Of a stretch of DNA of 52,269 bases, positions 24,676 to 34,872 are shown piece by piece. The translations under genes and the position numbers were made by a program. Numbering within the stretch: position 1 is the first letter of the stretch; each line of letters begins with the position of its first letter. Below the pieces are notes generated by a model. It made no database searches and was not told the origin of the DNA. It saw only the letters and a list, made by a program, of their open reading frames with translations. The stretch is from a virus (lineage: Duplodnaviria; Caudoviricetes): IMG/VR virus record IMGVR_UViG_3300008448_000122, positions 1 to 52,269 of that record; one strand, written 5' to 3'.

Positions 24676-25899
24676 ATGGAAGTAAAGTTTGAAATAGGAG
24701 TTGTAACTGATGTACAAGACATTTATAAACATTTTAATTTTACAGTTGAAATAGAGGGTGGCGAAAAGACATCAGTAATTTACACATCTCCATTTTTCTT
24801 TTTTGGAGGAGGCGGGCAATTAACTCCTCCAAACATAGGATCAAAAGTAATAGTAATGTTTGATAAGGTAAAAAAATTCTATTACTATGTCTCTACAATT
24901 GTTGGGATGACAAATCCAGATTGGATCTATGACCCATCATTAAAAGTTTTACCCTTAACTGCGGACCCAACAATTTATACCGATAAGAATATTCCACAGA
25001 AAGTTAATTACACTAATGAGATTGGATCTGGATTAAAAATATCTAGAAAAAAATTAAGAAAGTATATTGACGCTAAAGTTGAGTTGAAGAGTGAGTTTGG
25101 TAAAAAAATTGCTCTAGTAGACTCACCAACGAATAGTCATGTTTTGATGAGAAATGAACATGGCGACGGTATAAGAATTATATCCCACGATTGGCTGGCT
25201 GGCACAACTGGATATCCTCATCCCATATATCCAAGTAGGTCAATAATTGTATTCTCCAAAGGCCCACAGTTTTATACAACTACTAGGGGTCTGATGGATA
25301 TGAAGGTTGTTGATGGGACTGAATTTAATATCCAAAACTATTCTACTGGAGCATTCGGCCCGTCCGAGTATGAAGCTCCTCCAGTACAATCCTCATCTAC
25401 AGATGTTCCTCTAATACCAAGAAATAAAGATTATTCTTCAGCTAGAATAGGAAATATTAACATTAGAAGTGTAAACTCAGATGTTAATATAGCGGTTAAT
25501 GGGACTGAGAGTGAGATATATATTACTACACCAAAGGCTAGAGTTGAGATCAGAGAGGATGGAACAGTTTTAATCCACTCTGCTGCAACTATTAACTTAA
25601 GAGCTGATGGTGATATCACAATGAAATCTAATAATGGTAGCATAAATATGGAGGCTGGCGGAGGGTCTATAAATCTGAAATCTTCCTCTAACTGCAACAT
25701 CCAGTCTGGTTCAGAAGTTAATATTAAATCTTCTGCTGCTCTTAATACTCAAGCTGGTGGAGAACTGAGCTTAAAGGCAGGAGGTAATTGTAATGTTGAT
25801 GGAACTCAGATACATTTAAATTCTGGGTTCTCTACAGATGCTGGGGATGCTGCAACTCCAAGACAAATAGATATACAGAGAAACGCATACGGTGAATAA
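24676..25899 (+). CDS. Central spike protein (gp5/gpV/VgrG-like) with no recognisable lysozyme domain
   Basis: N-terminal OB-fold-like PP.IGS.VIVMF, C-terminal 8-residue beta repeats ending VDGTQIHLN. Confidence 0.85.
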   Translation: MEVKFEIGVVTDVQDIYKHFNFTVEIEGGEKTSVIYTSPFFFFGGGGQLTPPNIGSKVIVMFDKVKKFYYYVSTIVGMTNPDWIYDPSLKVLPLTADPTIYTDKNIPQKVNYTNEIGSGLKISRKKLRKYIDAKVELKSEFGKKIALVDSPTNSHVLMRNEHGDGIRIISHDWLAGTTGYPHPIYPSRSIIVFSKGPQFYTTTRGLMDMKVVDGTEFNIQNYSTGAFGPSEYEAPPVQSSSTDVPLIPRNKDYSSARIGNINIRSVNSDVNIAVNGTESEIYITTPKARVEIREDGTVLIHSAATINLRADGDITMKSNNGSINMEAGGGSINLKSSSNCNIQSGSEVNIKSSAALNTQAGGELSLKAGGNCNVDGTQIHLNSGFSTDAGDAATPRQIDIQRNAYGE

Positions 25900-28628
25900 T
25901 GGCACTATTCGACACTAAGACATTTTTTTATAACGCTGGTCGTGGTGAAAATCCTACGACTGCTTTAGGTTCTGCATTCGGAATGCCTTACTGTTTAATC
26001 AGCTTAGGTGAAGACCTTCTCAGTCTCTTACCAAGAAGCGTTCTTGACCCAATGAGGAGATCTACTCAAGATGGTGTGACAGCCGCCGATGATTCTATTA
26101 AATCTGCTTTAGCTTCTCTTGGATTTCTTGACGGTATCATTGAATACGATACTGAAACTGGATCCTTCAGACTGGTCTCAGACTCCTCTAGAAATGGCCT
26201 AGATCGAAACGACAGCGACGATCTCAACTCAGTTGGTGGCTTCCTAGGGGCCGCATTTCAAGCCGCTGCATTTGCTGGAAGATTATACAATAACTATGAA
26301 ACAACAGTGAATCAAATAAATGCTATTAGTGATTGTATTCAATCCTATAGTGATTATTTAAATTACACGGGTGGAGCAAAAGCAAGCCAAATATCAAGAC
26401 TAGATCCTGATGAGTATGAAGAGTTGTTTAGAAAGTATGATATACTTAAAAAGGATATAGATGAGGCTACAAGATTTAGAGATCAAGCTCTGGGCTTACT
26501 TCAAACTATTGATAGCATCCTAGACGAAAGAGAACAAGATCCCACTTTAGAGCCAGTATTCTTGGCCGACTTCTCATCAATTGTTTCAGGTGCAAACGTA
26601 CTGGTCGAACCTCTTCCAGCCCCTGAAAGCATTGAAGAAATAATTAGATTGAAGTTTGGTCCTCCTATCTCAAAGACTGGTAAATTTATTTTGTCTGTAG
26701 ATGGATTGTATTATGATTCGCAAACTAGCGGTATAGTACCAGTTTTAATTGAGATAGAAAATAGAAAGTCTAATCTACAAAATAATGCTTTATGGAGATT
26801 GGATTTCGATTCAAACTTAGGTGGAAGAGGAAAGCAATTAAGTTTAGAGAGCTTAAAGTCTTACATTGACACAATACTGGATCCAAACATAGTAAATGAG
26901 TCTAACTTTATTAGACAGTATTATGATAAGGATGAAATTTTAGGAGAGATTGTAGGGCAAAAGAATAGAAGAGTATTTGATCTTTCCTCTCAGATAGTTG
27001 AGTTACAGGAGCAAGAAGTATCAGAAATTTTAATTTCTAATATGAGACAAGTAATGTTGTCTGAGGCTTCTCATTATCAACAAAAAATTAATAAGAGAAA
27101 GAAACAGATAGAGTTGGCTGTTTTAATGCCATCAATCTATAAGAACGAGATTATCTACAATCCTGGTGATGAGATACCAGTAAACGATTTCTCTTACTTA
27201 CAAGGAATAAATTATAAGTTAGATATTGAAAAACAAAAGAGTCTCGTCCTAAGCCAGAATGAAGTATCAGGAGTTGTTCTTCCTGTAGCTGTTAAGTATG
27301 TTCAACAATTAGATCAGCCAGAGAGAATTATACTTGACCATTTATTAATTAATAATATAGGAATAGGTGCTGTAGTAGCTGATGGATCGGGGCTTATGGC
27401 ACCTGAATTAACATTAACAGATACGATAGAAAAAAACGAATTACTCGCGCTTTATAACTTTTTAAAATTTGATATAGTAGAGCCTTCATCTACTTTATTT
27501 AAATTAAATAATTCTTCTGATTTTAGCACGAGAATGGATGCTCAATTAGTAGGCACATCAGAAAATAACATATTTAGCAAGGGAGTTGGAATAGCTTACT
27601 TAGAAGGGATTACTAAACACTCTGCAACCCAAACAACAGTCCCTAGTGGGATAGGAAGCTATGTAAGACTGCCAGAACAAAAAGAATTACAAGATTTACT
27701 TTACAACAAAAATGGAGCAACATTTGAAGCTTGGGTGTATACGCCAGGGCTGGATAGTGAAGTAAATGGCTTTAACAGTAATGGTGTTTCTAGCTTGTAT
27801 AGACTAATATTAGCAAATGAAAACACTGGCCTACAAAACACTTCTCAGCAACAAGCTGACATATTAAAAATAAAAAATCAAAGTGATTCAAATGCTTGTA
27901 AAGGAATAATTTTTGGATTTACAAGAGATCGTAGACTTACAAAAGATCAAGACCCATCTAACAATTCATCAGATAATAATATTGATGATACTTGTTTAGT
28001 TTTAGCACCAACTCAATCATTTAATTCATCTAGCGTTGGTTTTATTAATAAATCCTACGATATAACTAATTCTTGTTTTGGGGTTAGCAGTATATGGTAT
28101 TCAATGAGGCATCCAGTTAGTGCAGTTGTAAATGGAGTATCATTGTCTGCGTGCAACAATCAATTTTGCCAGATAACTTTAACTTTAGATCCAATACAAA
28201 ATAACATTAGTTTATATTGTGATGGACAACTTCTTACTACCTCAAGTTATAATGAGGTCTTTGGAATAAATCCAATAAAGAATTATGTTAACATTCCAAC
28301 ATTGAAACTTAATAATTCATTTGAGTATAATAGATCTTCGATGTCTTCTGTCAATGTCCCAGAGCTAAAAGCTGGACCAAAGTTAGACCAGTACTTTACT
28401 CCTTGGATAGTTGGGGGAGGATATACAGATGGTATGCAAACTGGTAATTTTATGGGTGGACAGTACGGTGGAATTATAAGTGGTTTAAGAGGATTTATTG
28501 GTGGATTAAAATTTTACTCAAAACCTCTTTCAAACATTCAAGTTTTGAAAAATTTCAATGCATCTAAAAACTTCTTTAAGAATATTGACATACCTTCATT
28601 AAACTGGGAACCAATTATAAGTGAGTAA
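25899..28628 (+). CDS. Large virion protein with C-terminal LamG/concanavalin A-like domain
   Basis: ATFEAWV, ISLYCDGQL, GFIGGLKFYSKPLS...V..NFNA. Confidence 0.75.
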   Translation: MALFDTKTFFYNAGRGENPTTALGSAFGMPYCLISLGEDLLSLLPRSVLDPMRRSTQDGVTAADDSIKSALASLGFLDGIIEYDTETGSFRLVSDSSRNGLDRNDSDDLNSVGGFLGAAFQAAAFAGRLYNNYETTVNQINAISDCIQSYSDYLNYTGGAKASQISRLDPDEYEELFRKYDILKKDIDEATRFRDQALGLLQTIDSILDEREQDPTLEPVFLADFSSIVSGANVLVEPLPAPESIEEIIRLKFGPPISKTGKFILSVDGLYYDSQTSGIVPVLIEIENRKSNLQNNALWRLDFDSNLGGRGKQLSLESLKSYIDTILDPNIVNESNFIRQYYDKDEILGEIVGQKNRRVFDLSSQIVELQEQEVSEILISNMRQVMLSEASHYQQKINKRKKQIELAVLMPSIYKNEIIYNPGDEIPVNDFSYLQGINYKLDIEKQKSLVLSQNEVSGVVLPVAVKYVQQLDQPERIILDHLLINNIGIGAVVADGSGLMAPELTLTDTIEKNELLALYNFLKFDIVEPSSTLFKLNNSSDFSTRMDAQLVGTSENNIFSKGVGIAYLEGITKHSATQTTVPSGIGSYVRLPEQKELQDLLYNKNGATFEAWVYTPGLDSEVNGFNSNGVSSLYRLILANENTGLQNTSQQQADILKIKNQSDSNACKGIIFGFTRDRRLTKDQDPSNNSSDNNIDDTCLVLAPTQSFNSSSVGFINKSYDITNSCFGVSSIWYSMRHPVSAVVNGVSLSACNNQFCQITLTLDPIQNNISLYCDGQLLTTSSYNEVFGINPIKNYVNIPTLKLNNSFEYNRSSMSSVNVPELKAGPKLDQYFTPWIVGGGYTDGMQTGNFMGGQYGGIISGLRGFIGGLKFYSKPLSNIQVLKNFNASKNFFKNIDIPSLNWEPIISE

Positions 28629-28631
28629 TTT

Positions 28632-30680
28632 ATGAGCGAAACAAAATATTTTGTTAATTGCAGAGGAGCAACATTTAATAAAGTTCACGCTGTTGAATGG
28701 GATGAGTCAGGGCAAATGCCTAGAATGACATCTCCATTTATGCCATACAATGAAAACTTAAATGCTAATATAATGACCTTTGCTGGGTCTACTAAGACTT
28801 CTAATTGGCTTCATTACAATGCAGAAGAGGCTGAAGTTCAAATTCAGTATTTAAAAGATATAGGAATAAATCTTGTAAGAATATATGGGGATATGTATTG
28901 TTGGGCTGCTTTTAAAGATAAGTATTTAAGCCATGTCGAATCTTTAGCTAAAATATGCAACAATAAAAAGATGTATACCCAGTGGGTTTTATTTGATGGA
29001 TATACAGATGGCGATACAAGTTCAACTAATCATTCATTAGGTTACTTTGACCCATCTACAATCTATGAAGCAGTATCGTGGGGTATCAAAAGATGGCAAA
29101 GATGTCCAAACATTAATTCAAATGATCTTAGTTATAACTGGGATTATTGGGGAGTATACAATGGTATGCCTACAAGACATCCATCTTCAATGGTGGTCAG
29201 TGGAGATGCTTATGTAACTGACATGGTAAACACCGCAGGAAAATTTTTTGGAACTCTGGCTTGGGAAGTGATGCACGATGTTAATATATTACCAACTGAA
29301 CCTTATGGATATGAATTTGTAGTATCGGCTATAAACAAAGTAAACTCTATTAAAAACTCAAGACAAAAAACTACATTCAGTGCTAAAAATATAAATGCTT
29401 CAAGCGCATATATCTCAGGCACAACCTACCCAGATATCTACAACTCAGGGATTATAACACAACTCACACCTCTTGTTGATTTTGTTTGTCATATTAATTC
29501 AAATTTCACTTGTTTAGGTTTGATAAATAATTATATAACCTTAAAAGATTTTTCCCAAAAAACTGGGAAGCCGGTAATGATCATTGACTCGTTTGTTGAC
29601 CATATTGGAACACCCTACGAACTTTTTAAATTTTCTAAAGATTTTAATATTGGGATTGTCATTGAAGGGTTAGTTGATAGGTCATTCACTAGAAAACCTT
29701 TAAATAGTAAAAAAGGAATACTGTTTGATGACGGTGACTGTAGAGAAAGTAAGGATATAAGTATTATAAAAGAAAAAACTCTTTCAGATGGATTTATTGG
29801 AAAGTATTCATTATCTAAATCAATTCCTGAAAAATTAGAATTTAGTATTTTAGAAGATGGACAAAATTACAATGGATCATCATTTGCTAGATACAACAAT
29901 TTTGATGAGCAAGGCCATAACGCTTGGGAAACTGTTTATGAGTCTTCTAGGGTTATTCCAGAATATAAATCTCTTTCTGTAGGGTATTCACCAATAGATT
30001 CTTTTTCAAGCTCTAAATCAAGTGGATGGGGGATTATAGGAGACGGGAGCGACTACACTATCTCTGGATTATTTGACACTATTCAATCCTTATCTGAAGA
30101 AATTTACAATTCTCTTTTAGCTGATATTGATGCAGATTTAACTAGAGAGTTAACTTGCTATAAAAGAATTACTAAGTTAATAAAGTTAACAGAAGATTTA
30201 AATATGTATAAAGGTCATAATTATTACAATAGGCCAAATTATGCATCAAGCTTTATATCGTCATCTCTTCAAGAGACTTTGTTTATCGCGGCCTCTGCTT
30301 TTATGCCAAGATCAATAACAAAAAGCACTGACTATAATGAGAGCCCATTTATTGGGACGCCTAGGTATCTATCCAACTTAGCTCTTACTGATGGACCATT
30401 TAGAGATTCCCCCATCTTACTTCAAAAACCAGTTTGTTTTTGGATAAGGCCAAATGGAGGAACAAGTGGATGCTGTATTTATGATCCTGGACTAGTGGGT
30501 TCTATATCTCCAACCGCTGATATATTATCATTATTAGATTGGGCTTCTTATGATACAAAGTTACAATCTTGGGTAACAGCACTCTACAATGCATATGTAA
30601 ACTTCAATAATAATCTTAGAAATTATCTATTGAATAGTTTAGGCGAATCTAAAGTATCTAATTACTTGTCAATAATTTAG
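28632..30680 (+). CDS. Glycoside hydrolase clan-A-like (GH5-type TIM barrel) protein with altered catalytic motifs
   Basis: LKDIGINLVRIY, LAWEVMHD, VDFVCH, GKPVMIID. Confidence 0.65.
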   Translation: MSETKYFVNCRGATFNKVHAVEWDESGQMPRMTSPFMPYNENLNANIMTFAGSTKTSNWLHYNAEEAEVQIQYLKDIGINLVRIYGDMYCWAAFKDKYLSHVESLAKICNNKKMYTQWVLFDGYTDGDTSSTNHSLGYFDPSTIYEAVSWGIKRWQRCPNINSNDLSYNWDYWGVYNGMPTRHPSSMVVSGDAYVTDMVNTAGKFFGTLAWEVMHDVNILPTEPYGYEFVVSAINKVNSIKNSRQKTTFSAKNINASSAYISGTTYPDIYNSGIITQLTPLVDFVCHINSNFTCLGLINNYITLKDFSQKTGKPVMIIDSFVDHIGTPYELFKFSKDFNIGIVIEGLVDRSFTRKPLNSKKGILFDDGDCRESKDISIIKEKTLSDGFIGKYSLSKSIPEKLEFSILEDGQNYNGSSFARYNNFDEQGHNAWETVYESSRVIPEYKSLSVGYSPIDSFSSSKSSGWGIIGDGSDYTISGLFDTIQSLSEEIYNSLLADIDADLTRELTCYKRITKLIKLTEDLNMYKGHNYYNRPNYASSFISSSLQETLFIAASAFMPRSITKSTDYNESPFIGTPRYLSNLALTDGPFRDSPILLQKPVCFWIRPNGGTSGCCIYDPGLVGSISPTADILSLLDWASYDTKLQSWVTALYNAYVNFNNNLRNYLLNSLGESKVSNYLSII

Positions 30681-32746
30681 AATACATTACCAACCTTAAA
30701 CGGCATGGTATAGTTATAAATTATATCAGGAATTTCTGTTTTAGGATCTATAAATTCTGCTATGTTATAGTTGTTTACTAGGTATTGAATTTTTTCAATT
30801 ACTTCTTCTTTATCTTTTCCAACTATAACAAAAACTTCACAGGCAGTCCATCCTTTCTCGCAGAATGCTAAATTTCCTTGCATACCAACTACATTCATAC
30901 CCCATTGACTGTTAATTATCTCTGTCGATGAGAATATTGGATTAAAGAATAATTCATATCCTCTTCCATAATTAGCTGTACCGGGAGTTCCACTTGTTAT
31001 TATCTGATTATGGATTAAATTTAAGGTATAACCTTTTTTATATCCTTTTGTAAATGGATCAGAGAATATCTTGTCATTTAGTAAATATCCATGAGCTACG
31101 CATATTGGAGTCAGACCTCCAGGGCAACTAGAAGTTCTTTCTTGTATTGTAAATAATAAATTTGAACTTAAATAGTATGGACTGCCTTTGAAGAATTTTT
31201 GTTCAATACTGCTCACCCCCAGCGGATTTACACCACTAAGATATTCAAATTTGTAATTTACATAACTATTCTCATCCAGGTAACCTCCTGGATAAATCAT
31301 ATTAATTGTTACTGCATTTCCTAAAGCAGAAAGTTGTATTCCACTTACAAAAACATTATTAGAATCAATTAACTGATTGCTTAGGGGGGAGTAGGTGTAA
31401 ACTTTATCAAATCTACAATCCATCCAAAACAATCCGCCAATTAAGAATCTCTGCATATTTGTATCTGGGACTGCTGCAAGCATTGCAGATACTGATTGTC
31501 CTGTAAGAGAAGAATAATTATAGTATTGGTCTTTATAGTATCTAAATGGTTGATAGAATGCATTTACAACTCTGTGTATTCCATCCCCTAAGAAATCCAT
31601 TACTAATTTTTGAAATGATATTGTGCTTTTATTGAAAGCAAGAATATCATAACTACCACCTCTCTCTGCTGCATTCAAGTTAGCTGCAAGATCTCCACTA
31701 GCTAAACTATTCTTAAAAGTAGAATATGTTTTTGTATCTGCTGATGCATCAACATCAAAATTAGTAGCAAGTCCAAACGCTGCGTTTGGATTTAGGGAGA
31801 AATAATCTCCTTCTGAAACAGATTGTAAGAATTCAATATTTCTACAACTTTGAATTACATGGTATTTATCATCCTCTTCATAATCTTTTGTGTATATTGG
31901 TATTGCATTTTGTCCGTCAATGATAAACAAATGTGAAGAAGTATGATAATTAAAAACTCCACCATAATTATAAATAGCATCGTTGCCGCCAGCACCCCCA
32001 GGGAGAATATTATGATATGTTTTTGGGATAGGTGGGATTGTGGCACTCATGGGGATTCCGTCAGTAGCTCCAGGGGGTCCGCCGAATAATCTTGATAACA
32101 ATCCGTTATCAGCGTTTAATCCATAACCCTCATAAAAAGTTGGATCTAAAAACATTTGTCTTCCCCAGCCAGTACCCCTATGAGATATGAAAATTCCATC
32201 TTCTAAACTATCACTAGCATTAAGTCTTGTATTCCACCAATCTATTGCGCCATTAAGATTTTTAGATAATTCAAAAGTATTTAATTTAAATTGTCTTCTC
32301 ACATTACCAAACATATTGGATTGAAATTCATCTATTTTCCTGCCATGATTTCCATTTAATATTGCTGCACTTATATCCATAGCATACCCCAAGCCAGTCG
32401 AAAGCAAACCAGCATATGGGTATTCATTAGACGCTAATGTTCCAGATCCATAGTAGATTGGGTATTGAGTTGTAGATGGATCGTATTGATTTGTTAGCCA
32501 AGCATACTGATCTTCAAAAAACGGTCTTCTCTCTTGATTATAAGTTAAGTTATTTGTGTTTATAGATGATGCTTGAAATTTAGTTGTTAAGCATTTTGAA
32601 TCATATTTGTATAGACATGGCCCTATCTCACTTATTGAAGCAGAAGCTGACTTGGAGCTTTTTAAGAACATATCTTCTGAATTCATAAAAGAATGATTCG
32701 GCTCTCTACTTCTTTTTAAGCTCAGATTATCAGAAATTTTAGCCAT
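30677..32746 (-). CDS. Hypothetical beta-rich protein (689 aa), inverted inside the tail module
   Basis: Long ORF on the opposite strand; G/Y/N/S-rich. Confidence 0.8.
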   Translation of the reverse strand: MAKISDNLSLKRSREPNHSFMNSEDMFLKSSKSASASISEIGPCLYKYDSKCLTTKFQASSINTNNLTYNQERRPFFEDQYAWLTNQYDPSTTQYPIYYGSGTLASNEYPYAGLLSTGLGYAMDISAAILNGNHGRKIDEFQSNMFGNVRRQFKLNTFELSKNLNGAIDWWNTRLNASDSLEDGIFISHRGTGWGRQMFLDPTFYEGYGLNADNGLLSRLFGGPPGATDGIPMSATIPPIPKTYHNILPGGAGGNDAIYNYGGVFNYHTSSHLFIIDGQNAIPIYTKDYEEDDKYHVIQSCRNIEFLQSVSEGDYFSLNPNAAFGLATNFDVDASADTKTYSTFKNSLASGDLAANLNAAERGGSYDILAFNKSTISFQKLVMDFLGDGIHRVVNAFYQPFRYYKDQYYNYSSLTGQSVSAMLAAVPDTNMQRFLIGGLFWMDCRFDKVYTYSPLSNQLIDSNNVFVSGIQLSALGNAVTINMIYPGGYLDENSYVNYKFEYLSGVNPLGVSSIEQKFFKGSPYYLSSNLLFTIQERTSSCPGGLTPICVAHGYLLNDKIFSDPFTKGYKKGYTLNLIHNQIITSGTPGTANYGRGYELFFNPIFSSTEIINSQWGMNVVGMQGNLAFCEKGWTACEVFVIVGKDKEEVIEKIQYLVNNYNIAEFIDPKTEIPDIIYNYTMPFKVGNVF

Positions 32747-32773
32747 GGTATAATCCTATTATTTTTTAAGTTG

Positions 32774-32787
32774 TATAAATATTTATA
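32774..32787. promoter_or_regulatory. Palindromic double late promoter TATAAATATTTATA
   Basis: Perfect 14-bp palindrome giving TATAAATA on both strands between divergent genes. Confidence 0.75.
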
Positions 32788-32836
32788 TTAGGGCCTGTAT
32801 TTATGGGTACTATAGTAAAATATTTGATTAATTAAA

Positions 32837-33280
32837 ATGACCTTATCTAATAATGTTACTGTTTATGGGAAGACTATACCACCTAAGTCTAGGAACACTG
32901 TAAACTTAAAATTACAGAAAAATACTGGATTCAAGTATCCCATAGATATTGACCCTGATAGAGGTTACTTTGTTAAGCAAACTGGGCTAGATCTAGTTAA
33001 AAACAATCTAAGAAACCTTCTTAGGACAGAGCCGGGGGAGAGATTTATGCTTCCTCAATATGGCTGTGGGCTAAGAAAGTACTTAATGGAGCCATTAGAT
33101 GAGGTTACTTTTTCTCAAGTAAGAGATACAATTAAAACCTCAATATATAAATATTTGAGTAAAGTTACCATTTCTAGCTTACGAATAACACAACTTCCTT
33201 CTGGTCAGATGAAAGTTAATTTACTTTGTAATCTTAAGGATGTTGAATTGGTAAATTTTGATTTTAATTTTGAATTCTAA
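32837..33280 (+). CDS. gp25: Baseplate wedge / sheath initiator (T4 gp25-like)
   Basis: NL.NLL.T.PGER.M.P.YGCGL..YLMEP. Confidence 0.93.
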   Translation: MTLSNNVTVYGKTIPPKSRNTVNLKLQKNTGFKYPIDIDPDRGYFVKQTGLDLVKNNLRNLLRTEPGERFMLPQYGCGLRKYLMEPLDEVTFSQVRDTIKTSIYKYLSKVTISSLRITQLPSGQMKVNLLCNLKDVELVNFDFNFEF

Positions 33281-34872
33281 TGGCATTTTCAGGAACAGTT
33301 AATTCAGATTTCTTAAAGTTAATCCCCCCAGCGGTGGATTATGCTGAAAAAGTATTAGACTACACGGCAGCAGACTTTGCCTCATTCAGAAAGACTCTGA
33401 TAGATTATGCAAAAGCTGTTTATCCTTTAGATTATAACAACTTTTCTGAGTCTGATTTTGGAATATTTTTGATGGAGTTAATGGCTGCGGTTGGACATAT
33501 ACAGTCATTTAAAACCGACTTCGTAGCCAACGAATCATTTATAAGAAGTGCTAGACAGAGAAGCAGTGTAAAGAAGCTATTAGAGTTGGTCGGTGTTAGG
33601 ATGAAAGGTCCTATCAGTGCAGCGGCGAATGCTAAAATACAAATTCAAACAAATTCTGCTAGCGTGTCATCAGTGACAATAACGCCAGAAAACAGAATAT
33701 TAACGATTGAATCACCTGAAGACGGGGGAGCATTAACTTATACAATATACAAAGTTAATACAGATGGGACAGTAGATCTGGATTCAAACTCCACTAATAT
33801 TGTATTTAATGTTAGCACTGTAAACAATAACATTAATATTAATAATGTCGTATTACTTGAGGGAGCATTAGTAATTGAATCAGGGCAGTTCGATTCGGAA
33901 GACACTGTTAAGACTGTTACCTTATCCCAGTTTCCTTATGTTGAAAGAAGCGCACAGGTATTCATTGAAGGAAATCCTCAAACAGCGGGCGTCTATACTG
34001 AAGAAGAGAATCTATACTTTGCGTCAGGGCCATCCGATAAAATTTTTCAAGTAGTTACCAATGATCTCTTCCAAGCGAAGTTGCTTTTTGGGGATTCTAC
34101 ATTAGCCGTAACTCCTTCAGTTGGAGACACTTATACAGCAATATACAGAGTTGGAGGAGGAAGTAGAGGAAATATAGCTGCGGAAGTTATCAATTTCCCA
34201 GTAACTGTTACCTTAGATGATGGTGCTCAGACTCAAGGTAATGGCATCCTACAAAATACTACAGAGGCGACTGGTGGTGCGGAAGCTGAGTCATTAACTC
34301 ATGCTAAGAAGTATGCGCCACTTACATTTAGAAGACAGGATAGATTAGTTACTTTAGCCGACTACAAGTCATTTGCAAATACTTTTATATCTAACTATGG
34401 ATCAACAGGAAAAGCAAATGCAGTTGTTAGAAGAGCATACTCCTCTGCTAATATAATTGACCTGTTTGTACTAGAGAAAGCATCAGACACTCAGTTAAGA
34501 AAAGCTACACCAGAGTATAAAAAACAACTACTTGAATCAATTCAAGAAAAGAAAATGCTAACTGATGAGCCAGTAGTTGTTGATGGCTTAATAAGAACAA
34601 TAGACATATTTGTAACAATAAACATAGAAAAGAAGTTTAAGAACTTCCAATCAGATATAAAGAACAAAGTAAGAAATAGAATCTTAGAATATTTTAATGT
34701 AGATAATGCAGAGTTCGGAGAGTCATTTCAACCCCAAGACTTAGTAAGATTTATCATAGAAGTACCTGAGGTTAGATTTGCTACTATAGACAACATTGAT
34801 TCCCCAATAATTATAGATTTTAATGAAATTATTCAAGTAAATAACTTTACTATTAACACGGTGATAATCTAA
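33280..34872 (+). CDS. gp6: Baseplate wedge protein (T4 gp6 / baseplate J-like)
   Basis: DF..F...L..Y, FGD.....P..G....YRVGGG.RGN, GGAEAES, QDRLVT..DY. Confidence 0.93.
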   Translation: MAFSGTVNSDFLKLIPPAVDYAEKVLDYTAADFASFRKTLIDYAKAVYPLDYNNFSESDFGIFLMELMAAVGHIQSFKTDFVANESFIRSARQRSSVKKLLELVGVRMKGPISAAANAKIQIQTNSASVSSVTITPENRILTIESPEDGGALTYTIYKVNTDGTVDLDSNSTNIVFNVSTVNNNININNVVLLEGALVIESGQFDSEDTVKTVTLSQFPYVERSAQVFIEGNPQTAGVYTEEENLYFASGPSDKIFQVVTNDLFQAKLLFGDSTLAVTPSVGDTYTAIYRVGGGSRGNIAAEVINFPVTVTLDDGAQTQGNGILQNTTEATGGAEAESLTHAKKYAPLTFRRQDRLVTLADYKSFANTFISNYGSTGKANAVVRRAYSSANIIDLFVLEKASDTQLRKATPEYKKQLLESIQEKKMLTDEPVVVDGLIRTIDIFVTINIEKKFKNFQSDIKNKVRNRILEYFNVDNAEFGESFQPQDLVRFIIEVPEVRFATIDNIDSPIIIDFNEIIQVNNFTINTVII

